Source: Sporomusaceae bacterium
GTDB lineage: Bacteria > Bacillota > Negativicutes > UBA1444
Length of the DNA stretch: 64,000 nucleotides
Reading direction: 5' to 3'
NCBI GenBank assembly: GCA_018434355.1
Contig: JAHDPL010000024.1
Location: 128,522-192,521, forward strand
The notes below the pieces were generated by a model, which saw nothing but the letters and a program-made list of their open reading frames with translations, searched no databases and was not told the origin of the DNA. Below are positions 48,626 to 58,440 of the stretch, piece by piece. Made by a program: the position numbers and the translations under genes. How positions within the stretch are numbered: the stretch's first letter is position 1; every line of letters begins with the position of its first letter.

Positions 48626-48735
48626 ACCCAACTGGCAAAACGAGGCGAACCGATTCCACCTTTCATGAATTTACAAAATAAGCAACATCAGGCCGTCTGG
48701 GTTCGGGCGGTCTAATGTTTTGTAAAATATTATAT

Positions 48736-48764
48736 TTGACAGCACAGCGAGACCTTGTTACAAT
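48736..48764 (+). promoter_or_regulatory. sigma-70-type promoter TTGACA-17-TACAAT for pyr leader
   Basis: Consensus -35 and near-consensus -10 with 17-nt spacer. Confidence 0.7.
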
Positions 48765-48786
48765 TAGAAAAAATATCCTTTAAACT

Positions 48787-48872
48787 GGTCCCGTGAGGCC
48801 GGTAAGGGGTGACGTACGTTGCGATTGTTCATGCCTTTTTTGCGTGCCTCACACGCTGGAAAGGCATTTTTT
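48787..48872 (+). promoter_or_regulatory. PyrR-dependent pyr attenuator (binding loop + antiterminator/terminator)
   Basis: PyrR box GGTCCCGTGAGGCC; GTGAGGC can pair with GCCTCAC inside terminator ATGCCTTT...GCGTG cctca CACGC...AAAGGCAT + T6. Confidence 0.75.
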
Positions 48873-48908
48873 GATGCAAATCTAAGCAGACGGAAAGCGA
48901 GGCAGCGC

Positions 48909-49688
48909 ATGGAACAAAAATCGAAGTTTGTCGAGCAAGCGCTTATTTTGAGCAATCAGGCGTTATCATCCGATGTTTACAGGATGGTTGTTCAATCGCC
49001 GCAAATTGCGCATGATAGTCTACCGGGACAGTTTGTGATGATTCGGTTGTCCGATAAGTTGGATCCGCTGTTGCGACGGCCTCTGAGCATAGCCGGCGCA
49101 GACCCGCAAAAGGGAACCCTGACGCTGATTTATCGCGTTATTGGTCGTGGTACGCAGCAGATGGCAGCCGCGCAGACCGGCGCATCATTGGATGTCATGG
49201 GACCACTCGGCCGGGGTTTTGATTTGTCGGCTTCGCGGCTGCTGTTGGTTGGCGGCGGAATTGGGCTGGCGCCATTGTTGTTTGTAGCTGAACGGTGTTG
49301 TCCTCGGCCGGTTGAGGTTCTGGCCGGCGGCCGTACCAAGGATGAATTGTTCTGGACCGAATTGTTCCGAGATTCCTGTCAAAGCATTCATGTCACCACT
49401 GATGATGGAAGTCTGGGCGTTTGTGGCACATGCGCCGATGCTTTGCCTGCTTTGCTGGCAAATGGAAGATATGAAGGAGTATTGACCTGCGGTCCGCGTC
49501 CGATGATGAAGCAAGTTGCCGCTTTAGCCAAGGCAGCAGGCATTCGCACGCAAGTCTCCATGGAAGAACACATGGCCTGCGGAGTCGGTGCCTGTCTTGC
49601 CTGCACCTGCGGTGCAGCGGATGGCGGAAGCCGGCAGGTTTGCAAGGATGGCCCGGTATTTTGGGCCGAGGAGGTCGACTGGTCATGA
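48909..49688 (+). CDS. pyrK: dihydroorotate dehydrogenase electron-transfer subunit
   Basis: FAD/NAD-binding ferredoxin-reductase fold with C-terminal Cys cluster (CGVGACLACTC); ORF track extension to 48819 covers the attenuator. Confidence 0.9.
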   Translation: MEQKSKFVEQALILSNQALSSDVYRMVVQSPQIAHDSLPGQFVMIRLSDKLDPLLRRPLSIAGADPQKGTLTLIYRVIGRGTQQMAAAQTGASLDVMGPLGRGFDLSASRLLLVGGGIGLAPLLFVAERCCPRPVEVLAGGRTKDELFWTELFRDSCQSIHVTTDDGSLGVCGTCADALPALLANGRYEGVLTCGPRPMMKQVAALAKAAGIRTQVSMEEHMACGVGACLACTCGAADGGSRQVCKDGPVFWAEEVDWS

Positions 49689-50602
49689 ATGCAGGTTTGC
49701 AAACGGAACTGGCTGGGATCAAGCTGCGAACGCCTTTGATTGCGGCTTCTGGTACATTTGGTTTTGGTGAAGAATATCTGGACTTTGTGGAGCAGGCTGA
49801 TCTTGGCGCAATTGTTGTGAAAGGGATGACCAGGGAACCCAGGCCGGGCAATGCGGGGCGACGGATGGCGGAAACACCGGCCGGCATGCTCAACTGCATC
49901 GGCCTGCAAAATCCGGGGGTAGACGTTTTTTTACAGGATATCTTGCCTCGCATTAAGCGACTTGAAATTCCAATCATCGTGAACATCAATGGCAATGTCC
50001 AGGAAGATTATGCTTATCTGGCCGAAGCTTTGGATGCAAGCGGCGTGGCTGCCTTGGAAGTCAACATTTCTTGCCCCAATACGCGGCATGGTTGCATGGC
50101 TTTTGGCGTGGTTCCAGAAACCGCAGCAGCGGTGACAGCGGCAGTTAAGGCGAAAACCAAATTGCCTGTGATTGTTAAGTTGTCTCCGAACGTTACCGAT
50201 GTTGCCGAAATTGCCCAGGCAGTTGAAGCTGCCGGCGCTGATGCCGTATCTTTGATCAATACGTTGGTCGGCATGGCGATTGACACCCATACCTGGAAGC
50301 CGGTGCTAGGAAATATCGTTGGCGGATTATCAGGTCCGGCAGTGAAGCCGGTTGCGTTGCGGATGGTCTGGCAGACTGCTCAGGCGGTAAAGATCCCGGT
50401 AATCGGCATGGGAGGCATTTCTTCGGCATCTGATGCAGTCGAGTTTTTGCTGGCCGGCGCTAAAGCAGTCGCAATCGGTACCGCGAATTTCGTCAATCCT
50501 CAGGCGATCACGGATATTGCGACCGGGTTGCGACGCTATCTGGAACAACAACAACTTCAGAGTATCAGTCAGTTGGTCGGAAAAGTCAGGATAGGAGGGT
50601 GA
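49685..50602 (+). CDS. pyrD: dihydroorotate dehydrogenase (class 1B) catalytic subunit
   Basis: MNAGLQTELAGIKLRTPLIAASGTFGFGEEY...; ATGA-coupled to pyrK. Confidence 0.9.
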   Translation: MNAGLQTELAGIKLRTPLIAASGTFGFGEEYLDFVEQADLGAIVVKGMTREPRPGNAGRRMAETPAGMLNCIGLQNPGVDVFLQDILPRIKRLEIPIIVNINGNVQEDYAYLAEALDASGVAALEVNISCPNTRHGCMAFGVVPETAAAVTAAVKAKTKLPVIVKLSPNVTDVAEIAQAVEAAGADAVSLINTLVGMAIDTHTWKPVLGNIVGGLSGPAVKPVALRMVWQTAQAVKIPVIGMGGISSASDAVEFLLAGAKAVAIGTANFVNPQAITDIATGLRRYLEQQQLQSISQLVGKVRIGG

Positions 50603-50607
50603 GTTCT

Positions 50608-51324
50608 ATGACCATTACCCGGGATCGTTTGATTGTCGCCATGGATTTGTCTACGCTGGAAAGCGTGAAATGCACTTTGGATAATATCGGGGATGCAGTC
50701 AGCTATTATAAAATTGGTATGGAGTCGTTTTATAGTTTGGGTGAAGCAGCGCTGTCGCTGATGGCCGCTAATCGCAAAAAAGTGTTTCTGGATTTGAAAC
50801 TCCATGATATTCCCAATACCGTCTCCCGCAGCGTGAAGGCTTTATGCAGATATGCACCGGCAATGACTACGCTGCATGCCGCGGGCGGTCCGGCAATGCT
50901 AAGGGCTGCAGTCGAAGCTGCTGCCGAAGCTTCGGCCCAGCTTGATCAAGAAAGGCCAAAATTGCTGGGAATTACCGTCCTGACCAGTATCGATGAAACA
51001 GAATGGGCAGCGGTGGGGCACACTCGTTCGATTCGGGATTCGGTGCTGAGACTTGCGGATATGTGTCGGCAATCCGGCATGGATGGCGTGGTCGCATCAC
51101 CGCAGGAAGCTGCTGCGATTCGTCAGTGTTGCGGCCCTGATTTCTTGATTGTTACCCCGGGAATTCGACCGCTATATGGCGATAAAGGGGACCAGAGCAG
51201 AACCGCTACACCCGCTGAGGCACTGCGGAATGGCGCGGATTTTCTGGTGGTGGGCCGCCCGATTTTAGCTGCTGCCGATCCCCGGATTGCAGCGATAGAA
51301 ATTGTGAAAGAGATGGAGGGCTGA
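50608..51324 (+). CDS. pyrF: orotidine 5'-phosphate decarboxylase
   Basis: LIVAMDL...DLKLHDIPNTV; ATG 8 nt after GGAGGG. Confidence 0.9.
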   Translation: MTITRDRLIVAMDLSTLESVKCTLDNIGDAVSYYKIGMESFYSLGEAALSLMAANRKKVFLDLKLHDIPNTVSRSVKALCRYAPAMTTLHAAGGPAMLRAAVEAAAEASAQLDQERPKLLGITVLTSIDETEWAAVGHTRSIRDSVLRLADMCRQSGMDGVVASPQEAAAIRQCCGPDFLIVTPGIRPLYGDKGDQSRTATPAEALRNGADFLVVGRPILAAADPRIAAIEIVKEMEG

Positions 51325-51327
51325 ACG

Positions 51328-51900
51328 ATGACCGAAGCGCAAGTAAAAGAATTGCTAGTGAAACATGGGGCATTGCTGGAAGGGCATTTTCTGCTGACAT
51401 CCGGCTTGCATAGCGGACACTATGTTGAAAAATTTCAGGTTTTGCAATACCCAAAGGCTACTGAGGAACTCTGCGCCGGGTTTGCTGAAAAGTTCAAGGA
51501 TGAAAAGATCGATGTGGTGATTGGTCCGGTGACTGGCGGAATCATCCTGGCCCATGAAACGGCGAAACATTTTGGTACTCGAGCGATCTTCGCCGAACGG
51601 GATAACGGCAAGATGACAATCAAGCGCGGATTTGAAATCAAACCGGGCGAACGGGTTTTGGTCGTGGAAGACATCGTGACAACCGGCGGCTCGGTGATGG
51701 AAGTGATCGAAGTGGTCAAGGAAATGGGCGGCGTAATTGCCGGCGTTGCGATTTTGGTTGACCGCAGTGGCGGGACGGTGGATTTTGGCGCGCCGGCCAA
51801 AGCAATGCTTACCTTGAATATCCAAAACTATTCACCGGAAGATTGTCCGTACTGCAAGCAAGGATTGCCGCTGGTGAAACGGGGCAGTCGAAAAGTATAA
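51328..51900 (+). CDS. pyrE: orotate phosphoribosyltransferase
   Basis: PRPP-binding motif VLVVEDIVTTGGS. Confidence 0.9.
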   Translation: MTEAQVKELLVKHGALLEGHFLLTSGLHSGHYVEKFQVLQYPKATEELCAGFAEKFKDEKIDVVIGPVTGGIILAHETAKHFGTRAIFAERDNGKMTIKRGFEIKPGERVLVVEDIVTTGGSVMEVIEVVKEMGGVIAGVAILVDRSGGTVDFGAPAKAMLTLNIQNYSPEDCPYCKQGLPLVKRGSRKV

Positions 51901-51960
51901 ACTGGCCGATAAGATATCAAATATAATTGAAACCGTAATAGGTAAAGGGATGGATTAATA

Positions 51961-53784
51961 ATGAAAAGAACCGACTTGAGAAATGTTGCAATCATCGCCC
52001 ACGTTGACCATGGCAAAACGACATTGGTCGACGCCATGCTGAAACAGAGCGGCGTATTTCGCGCCAATGAAAATGTGCCAGTCTGCGTTATGGATTCCAA
52101 TGACCTGGAACGCGAGCGCGGCATCACAATCTTGGCCAAAAATACGGCAGTCCTTTATCATGATATCAAGATCAACATTGTCGACACACCGGGTCATGCC
52201 GATTTTGGCGGCGAAGTGGAACGGGTGCTGAACATGGTTGATGGCGTGCTGCTGTTGGTAGATGCATTCGAGGGGCCGATGCCTCAGACCAAGTATGTAT
52301 TGCGCAAAGCGCTGGAACAAAAATTGAAACCGATCGTGGTCATCAACAAGATTGACCGGCAAGACGAACGGGCCGAAGAAGTCGTCGATGAGGTATTGGA
52401 TCTGTTCATCGAACTGGGCGCTACCGAAGAACAACTTGATTTTCCGGTGGTCTATGCTGCAGCCCGCGCCGGGATTGCCAAACTGAACATGTCAGATGAA
52501 AGCGATAGTCTGGAACCTTTGTTTGCTACGTTGGTGCAGGAGATTCCGATGCCGGAAGGCGAAGAAAACTCACCACTGCAAATTATGGTCACGACCATCG
52601 ACCATGATGAGTATGTCGGACGCATCGGCATCGGACGCGTGGTGAGGGGAACTGTCAAGGCGGGACAAACGGTTTCCGTATTGCATCGCGACGCTGAAAG
52701 CAAGCAAAAGATCAGCCTGCTCTATGTCTATGACGGGTTGAAGCGAAAGGAAGTATCTTCGGCAACGATCGGCGATATCATCGCGATCACCGGCCTTGAT
52801 GACTTTACGATCGGCGATACGCTGGCTGATCCGGAAAATCCGGAAACACTGCCGACCATCAATATCGATGAACCGACCCTGTCAATGATGTTCATGGTCA
52901 ACAACGGTCCGTTTGCCGGCAAAGAGGGGCAATATGTCACTTCGCGCCATTTGCGGGACCGCTTGATGAAAGAAAGAGAGACGAATGTCAGCCTGCGGAT
53001 CAAGGAAACCGACAGTCCGGATACGTTTGAGGTCTGTGGACGCGGCGAACTCCACCTGGCGGTGCTGATCGAAACGATGCGACGCGAAGGGTATGAGTTT
53101 TGCGTTGGCAAGCCTCAGGTAATTTATAAGGAAATCAAAGGGAAGAAATGCGAACCGTTGGAATTCCTTACCGTCGATGTGCCGGCGGAATTCATGGGCG
53201 CGGTGATGGACCAACTGGGAAATCAGAGGGCGGAAATGGTCAATATGGTCGAGTTGGCCGGTTATTTGCGGCTGGAATTTGTTGTGCCGGCGCGCAGCCT
53301 GATTGGATTCCGCTCGCAATTTTTGACCAATACCAAAGGAAACGGCATTATGCATCATGTGTACCATGGCTATGCTCCTTACAAAGGGGATATCCCCGGC
53401 CGTACCCGGGGCGCGTTGGTGGCATTTGAAACAGGGGAAACCACTGCTTATGGAATCTTCAATGTGCAGGACCGCGGCGTGATGTTCATTGTGCCGGGCC
53501 AACAAGTGTATGCAGGCATGATTGTGGGTGAAAACACCCGCGAGCTGGATATGGATATCAATCCTTGCAAAAAGAAACAAATGACCAACACGCGTTCCAG
53601 TTCCGCCGATGAGGCGTTGCGTTTGATTACTCCACGAATCATGAGTCTGGAACAGTGCTTGGAACACATTAATGATGACGAGCTGGTGGAAGTGACGCCG
53701 AAGAACCTGCGTCTGCGCAAAGCGATTTTGGACCGGGTCCAGCGTGGCCGGATTCGCAAAAATGCTGCTAACGCCAGTCAATAA
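51961..53784 (+). CDS. typA: translational GTPase TypA/BipA
   Basis: MKRTDLRNVAIIAHVDHGKTTLVDAML, DTPGHADF, NKID. Confidence 0.95.
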   Translation: MKRTDLRNVAIIAHVDHGKTTLVDAMLKQSGVFRANENVPVCVMDSNDLERERGITILAKNTAVLYHDIKINIVDTPGHADFGGEVERVLNMVDGVLLLVDAFEGPMPQTKYVLRKALEQKLKPIVVINKIDRQDERAEEVVDEVLDLFIELGATEEQLDFPVVYAAARAGIAKLNMSDESDSLEPLFATLVQEIPMPEGEENSPLQIMVTTIDHDEYVGRIGIGRVVRGTVKAGQTVSVLHRDAESKQKISLLYVYDGLKRKEVSSATIGDIIAITGLDDFTIGDTLADPENPETLPTINIDEPTLSMMFMVNNGPFAGKEGQYVTSRHLRDRLMKERETNVSLRIKETDSPDTFEVCGRGELHLAVLIETMRREGYEFCVGKPQVIYKEIKGKKCEPLEFLTVDVPAEFMGAVMDQLGNQRAEMVNMVELAGYLRLEFVVPARSLIGFRSQFLTNTKGNGIMHHVYHGYAPYKGDIPGRTRGALVAFETGETTAYGIFNVQDRGVMFIVPGQQVYAGMIVGENTRELDMDINPCKKKQMTNTRSSSADEALRLITPRIMSLEQCLEHINDDELVEVTPKNLRLRKAILDRVQRGRIRKNAANASQ

Positions 53785-53872
53785 GTTGCTGTTATATTTG
53801 CAGGAGACGACAGAAGGAATGTAGAATTTTAAAAAAGAGAGTCTGTTGCTTGAGCGGATTGGAGGCATCCAT

Positions 53873-54877
53873 ATGAATTGGCTGAGGTTCGAAAAATTGC
53901 GAACACTATTGATATTCTGCTGGATCGCCGCGTTTGCAGTAGGTTTACCTTTGTGTTCGATTGTGTTGCCGCAGCAAATTGCGCATGCGGCAGTTGCCAA
54001 CGACGGGACTGACGATGAAGTAAGGCCGCCGGTGGAGAATCCACCACCACCGACTCAACCGCCCAAACCGCCCGTAACTGTGAAACCGCCAGTCGCGCCG
54101 ACTCCACCGCCGGCAAGTGGGCCTGCTTTGTCGATCACCGATGTGCGAGTGCGCAATGAAGACAAGGAAGGAAATGGGCTCAGCGAATACAAAATCAGCT
54201 TTGACTATGAAGAAACCCGTTGGATCTCTTATTATGTGCGTTTGGTCAATAATACCGATGAGCGGTTGCGCGGCAAACTGGGAATTCGCTATATCCAGCC
54301 CGATGGAAAGCTGAAGCAGAACTCTAAAAGCCCGCCGAATTTTACATTTGAGCAGGATATTGATGTGGTTGAGACCTTGGAGAAAACCGGTGGCTGGGGC
54401 AAAGCGACCGGCGGTACTTTTGAACCAGGGCGGCATCGGGTCGAGTTTTGGTGGGATGGCAAACGGATTCACCAATTGACTTTTGCAGTCAGCGAGCCGG
54501 AAGTGTCACTCAAGATCGCATCAATCCGACTGCGTAATGAAACCAAAAACAGCGAACCACTGGGCGACTTTAGCAAATCCTTTGATCAGGACGAAATCCA
54601 ATTCATCACATTTCATCTGCAACTGGTGAATACAACATCCTTGCCGCTAAAAGGATTGATCGGCGTGAAATATTTCGGGCCGAACGGAAATATGCTACGC
54701 GGCAGCAAGAGTCCTGACGGGTTCACCATGACTCAGTCGGTCAATTTTACTGACAAAGTGACCATTAATAACGGCTGGGGAAACAGCGCCGGCAACTATT
54801 TCGCGCCAGGACGACATCGCATCGAGTTTTGGTGGAATGACAAACGGATCGGGCAGACTTATTTTGATGTGAATTAA
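53873..54877 (+). CDS. secreted hypothetical protein: signal peptide, Pro-rich linker, two tandem ~115-aa repeat domains of unknown function
   Basis: GGAGG RBS; signal/TM LRTLLIFCWIAAFAVGLPLCSIV; linker PPPPTQPPKPPVTVKPPVAPTPPP; two repeats each ending GWG...PGRHR[VI]EFWW.DKRI. Confidence 0.6.
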   Translation: MNWLRFEKLRTLLIFCWIAAFAVGLPLCSIVLPQQIAHAAVANDGTDDEVRPPVENPPPPTQPPKPPVTVKPPVAPTPPPASGPALSITDVRVRNEDKEGNGLSEYKISFDYEETRWISYYVRLVNNTDERLRGKLGIRYIQPDGKLKQNSKSPPNFTFEQDIDVVETLEKTGGWGKATGGTFEPGRHRVEFWWDGKRIHQLTFAVSEPEVSLKIASIRLRNETKNSEPLGDFSKSFDQDEIQFITFHLQLVNTTSLPLKGLIGVKYFGPNGNMLRGSKSPDGFTMTQSVNFTDKVTINNGWGNSAGNYFAPGRHRIEFWWNDKRIGQTYFDVN

Positions 54878-54913
54878 GCAACTGAATTGCAATTTTGGCA
54901 TCAGGCGCAATGG

Positions 54914-54950
54914 AGCGCCGGATACCGCAAGGGTCCGGCGCTATTCTTTT
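54914..54950 (+). terminator. Rho-independent terminator
   Basis: AGCGCCGGA...TCCGGCGCT hairpin + ATTCTTTT. Confidence 0.7.
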
Positions 54951-55084
54951 GCCTATCGGCTCTGCTGGATAACTATACAATCAATAGGAATAAATTGTTG
55001 CTGTGAAAACGTCAAATCTGTTATAATAAGCGAGTCGACGCCAATAATCCAGGCTGTTCGCGAAGGTAGGGAGGCACGGAATCC

Positions 55085-55963
55085 ATGTTTCAAGAATTTG
55101 TTCAGCAGATCGTGAATGGTTTGGTACTTGGCAGCACTTATGCGCTGATTGCGCTAGGGCTGACGATGATCTACGGCATACTGGGGATCGTCAACTGGGC
55201 TCATAGTGAATTGTATATGCTGGGTGCATTTGTCGGCGTATTTCTGGTCGTTCATCTGAAGCTGCCGTTTTTGTTAGGATTGGTACTAGCCATGTTGGTG
55301 ATGGCTTTGTTCGGCATGGCAATGGATTTATTGGTTTTCCGACCACTGCGCTCAGCGCCGGAAATGAACATGATCATTGGCACACTGGGCATATCGATCT
55401 TTCTGGTGCAAGCGGCCGTTATTGTGTTCAGCCCTAACCCGGTGCGATTTCCGACAGAGTTTTCCGATGCGTATCTTTCATTTATGGGGATTTCGATCAC
55501 GTTGCAGCGGTTGATGGTATTTTGTGTGACCTTGGTTCTGATTGCGCTGCTCAATTACATAATCAAATACACTACAGTCGGCAAAGCAATGAGGGCCTGT
55601 GAACAGAACAGGGATGCTGCAAAACTGATGGGAATCGATATCAACCGAATCTCTCTGATTACATGTGCAATCGGCGCAGCATTGGCCGCGGCGGCCGGAA
55701 CCTTGGTCGGGCCGATCTTCCTGGTTTCTCCGCAAATGGGCCTTGCGGCCATTTCGAAAGTGTTTGCCGTGGTGATTCTCGGCGGCATGGGTAATGTCCC
55801 CGGTGCGATTTGGGCGGCGTTTATTCTTGGTCTGGCCGAAAGCCTTACGGCTGGCTTTATTTCGTCATATTACAAGGATGTCGTAACGTTCTGTATCCTG
55901 ATTACCGTACTGATTATCAAACCGGCTGGCCTGTTTGGCCGTAGCCAGATTGAAAAGGTGTAA
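55085..55963 (+). CDS. livH: branched-chain amino acid ABC transporter permease
   Basis: 292 aa polytopic; LivH-type N-terminus. Confidence 0.85.
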   Translation: MFQEFVQQIVNGLVLGSTYALIALGLTMIYGILGIVNWAHSELYMLGAFVGVFLVVHLKLPFLLGLVLAMLVMALFGMAMDLLVFRPLRSAPEMNMIIGTLGISIFLVQAAVIVFSPNPVRFPTEFSDAYLSFMGISITLQRLMVFCVTLVLIALLNYIIKYTTVGKAMRACEQNRDAAKLMGIDINRISLITCAIGAALAAAAGTLVGPIFLVSPQMGLAAISKVFAVVILGGMGNVPGAIWAAFILGLAESLTAGFISSYYKDVVTFCILITVLIIKPAGLFGRSQIEKV

Positions 55964-55966
55964 CTG

Positions 55967-56944
55967 ATGAAGCAGTGGATGAACTTGAAAACTCTGGTCA
56001 TTATTGTTGCAATACTGTTTGCCGTGGCATTTCCGCAAATGGGTTTCAAGATGTACTACGTGCATATCGGCGTGTTAAGCTTGCTACATATCCTATTGGC
56101 GCTCGGCCTTAATCTTGTGGCTGGCTACGCCGGTCAGCTTTCGTTGGCTCAGGCGGCGTTTTTCGGTATTGGCGCCTACGTATCCGCCTTATTGATGTTG
56201 AATCTGAAATGGTCATTCTGGTTGGCCGCGCCGTTGGGAGCGCTCGCCGCCGGCTTGGTGGCGGTGGGGATCGGTCTGCCGACGCTGCGTCTGAAGGGAC
56301 CTTATTTTGTCATTTCTACGATGGGGTTCGGGGAGATCGTTCGCCTGGTGTTTCTGAACTGGGAATCGGTGACCCGCGGACCGAACGGTTTGCCTGGCAT
56401 TCCGGCGCCAGACCCGATCTCGCTGGGGTTTGTAACATTGACGTTTGAGAGTCGGGTCGAAAATTATTATCTGATTTTGACCGTATTGCTTGTGGTATTG
56501 GTTCTCTATTACAACTTGGTGCATTCTCGGATTGGTCGCGCGTTACGGGCGATTCGCAACGACTATATCGCAACTCAGGTTATGGGAATTCACGTCGCTT
56601 TTTACCGTATCCTGGCGTTTGGCGTTGGGGCTGCGCTGTCAGGACTGACCGGAGCGCTATACGCCGGTTATATCCGATTTATCAGCCCGGACACGTTTAC
56701 GATCGGTGAATCAATCAACATTCTGATCATGATGGTGATCGGCGGGATGGGAACGATCAGCGGACCGATCATCGGTGCGATTTTCATCACGTATTTGCTG
56801 GAAACAATGCGGGTGTTCGCTGAATACCGGTTGGTGATTTACGGCTTGTTGATGTTTTTGGTCATACTCTATATGCCGCACGGAATTGCCGGCATGCTGA
56901 AAAAACTTTCGCTGCGCGTCAGAGCCGGCAAGAAGGAGGCGTAA
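55967..56944 (+). CDS. livM: branched-chain amino acid ABC transporter permease
   Basis: 325 aa polytopic, LivM-type. Confidence 0.85.
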   Translation: MKQWMNLKTLVIIVAILFAVAFPQMGFKMYYVHIGVLSLLHILLALGLNLVAGYAGQLSLAQAAFFGIGAYVSALLMLNLKWSFWLAAPLGALAAGLVAVGIGLPTLRLKGPYFVISTMGFGEIVRLVFLNWESVTRGPNGLPGIPAPDPISLGFVTLTFESRVENYYLILTVLLVVLVLYYNLVHSRIGRALRAIRNDYIATQVMGIHVAFYRILAFGVGAALSGLTGALYAGYIRFISPDTFTIGESINILIMMVIGGMGTISGPIIGAIFITYLLETMRVFAEYRLVIYGLLMFLVILYMPHGIAGMLKKLSLRVRAGKKEA

Positions 56945-56947
56945 CGC

Positions 56948-57715
56948 GTGCTGAAGTGCGAACAGTTGACAATTCGTTTCGGCGGTCTTTCTGCCATTGA
57001 TCGACTGGATTTTGAAATTGACTCCGGTGAAATCCGTGGCTTGATCGGCCCCAACGGCTCCGGCAAGACAACCTTGTTCAACCTGATTTCCGGTATATAC
57101 ACCCCGACATCCGGTTCGATCGTTTTTGAAGGAAAGCCGATTGCAGGCCGCCGCCCGGATGAAGTGACCCGGGCGGGAATTGCCCGGACGTTTCAGAACA
57201 TCCGCTTGTTCGGCGATATGACGGTGTGGGAGAATCTGTTGGTCGGACGACATTCCCGCCTGAAGCAGAATGTGTTTGATGATATTTTTTCCACTGCGAA
57301 AAAACGGCGCGAAGAATCGCTCGCGCGCGAAATGCTGGAAAACCTGCTCAAACAATTTCGCATGGAAAAGCTGCGCGATGAATTAGCCAAGAACCTTCCC
57401 TACGGATTGCAACGTGAACTGGAAATCATGCGGGCGATGGCGTCGGAACCGCGGCTACTGATGCTCGACGAGCCGGCTGCCGGTATGAATCCGCAGGAAA
57501 CAGATCAGTTGATGCTGCAGATCAAGCGGCTGAAAGAACTAGGGTTTACAGTGCTTGTAGTAGAGCATGACATGAAACTGGTGATGAACATTTGCGATAA
57601 GATCACTGTGCTCAACTATGGCAAAAAAATCGCCGAAGGGGTTCCTCGCGAAATCCAGGCGCATCCGGAAGTCATCGGCGCTTATCTGGGGAAGCAGGTG
57701 AAGGATAGTGCTTAA
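56948..57715 (+). CDS. livG: branched-chain amino acid ABC transporter ATP-binding protein
   Basis: GPNGSGKTT Walker A, LivG-type insertion; GTG start. Confidence 0.85.
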   Translation: MLKCEQLTIRFGGLSAIDRLDFEIDSGEIRGLIGPNGSGKTTLFNLISGIYTPTSGSIVFEGKPIAGRRPDEVTRAGIARTFQNIRLFGDMTVWENLLVGRHSRLKQNVFDDIFSTAKKRREESLAREMLENLLKQFRMEKLRDELAKNLPYGLQRELEIMRAMASEPRLLMLDEPAAGMNPQETDQLMLQIKRLKELGFTVLVVEHDMKLVMNICDKITVLNYGKKIAEGVPREIQAHPEVIGAYLGKQVKDSA

Positions 57716-58412
57716 AATCAGGGACCTTTCGGTTCATTATGGAAAAATCAAAGCGGTGCGCCAGATTGACATGGATATCGCTCAAGGTGAAATCGTGTCT
57801 TTGATTGGAGCGAATGGCGCAGGCAAGTCTACAACACTGCGCGCATTGTCGGGTTTGGTCAAAGCGGCCGGCGGCAGTGTCGAGTTTGAAGGCAAGGATA
57901 TAACCGGGTGGAACGCCAAATCGATTGTCGAAGCCGGTATTAGCCACTGCCCGGAGGGAAGGCAGATTTTTCCCCGTATGACCGTAATGGAGAATCTTGA
58001 ACTGGGGGCTTATACGCGCAAAGATACCAAGAATCTTAGCGTTGAATACGACAGGATTTTTGAGTATTTTCCGGTACTGGCGCAAAGACGCAGTCAAATG
58101 GGCGGCACGTTGTCCGGTGGCGAACAACAGATGCTGGCCATCGGCCGGGCCTTGATGTCAAAACCCAAGTTGCTGCTCCTGGATGAACCATCTCTGGGAT
58201 TGGCGCCGCTGCTGGTGGAAAAGATTTTCGAGATCATCCAAAATATCAACCGGGAAGGGATGACAGTGCTGCTGATTGAGCAGAACGCCTGGCAAGCCCT
58301 GAATATAGCGAACCGAGGCTATGTGATGGAGACCGGTTCGGTCGCGGTTACCGGTGCAGCGTCGGAATTGCTGCATAACGATCATGTTCGTCGCGCCTAT
58401 CTGGGAGAGTAA
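57708..58412 (+). CDS. livF: branched-chain amino acid ABC transporter ATP-binding protein
   Basis: GANGAGKST, LSGGEQQMLAIGRAL, LLLDEPS; overlaps livG. Confidence 0.85.
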   Translation: MLKIRDLSVHYGKIKAVRQIDMDIAQGEIVSLIGANGAGKSTTLRALSGLVKAAGGSVEFEGKDITGWNAKSIVEAGISHCPEGRQIFPRMTVMENLELGAYTRKDTKNLSVEYDRIFEYFPVLAQRRSQMGGTLSGGEQQMLAIGRALMSKPKLLLLDEPSLGLAPLLVEKIFEIIQNINREGMTVLLIEQNAWQALNIANRGYVMETGSVAVTGAASELLHNDHVRRAYLGE

Positions 58413-58440
58413 TTTTAGAAAAGGAAAGGAAGGATTCTCG

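Noticed and set aside
52882-54000. 372-aa minus-strand ORF over typA
   Set aside because: Antisense to an unmistakable TypA/BipA GTPase, so a shadow ORF.
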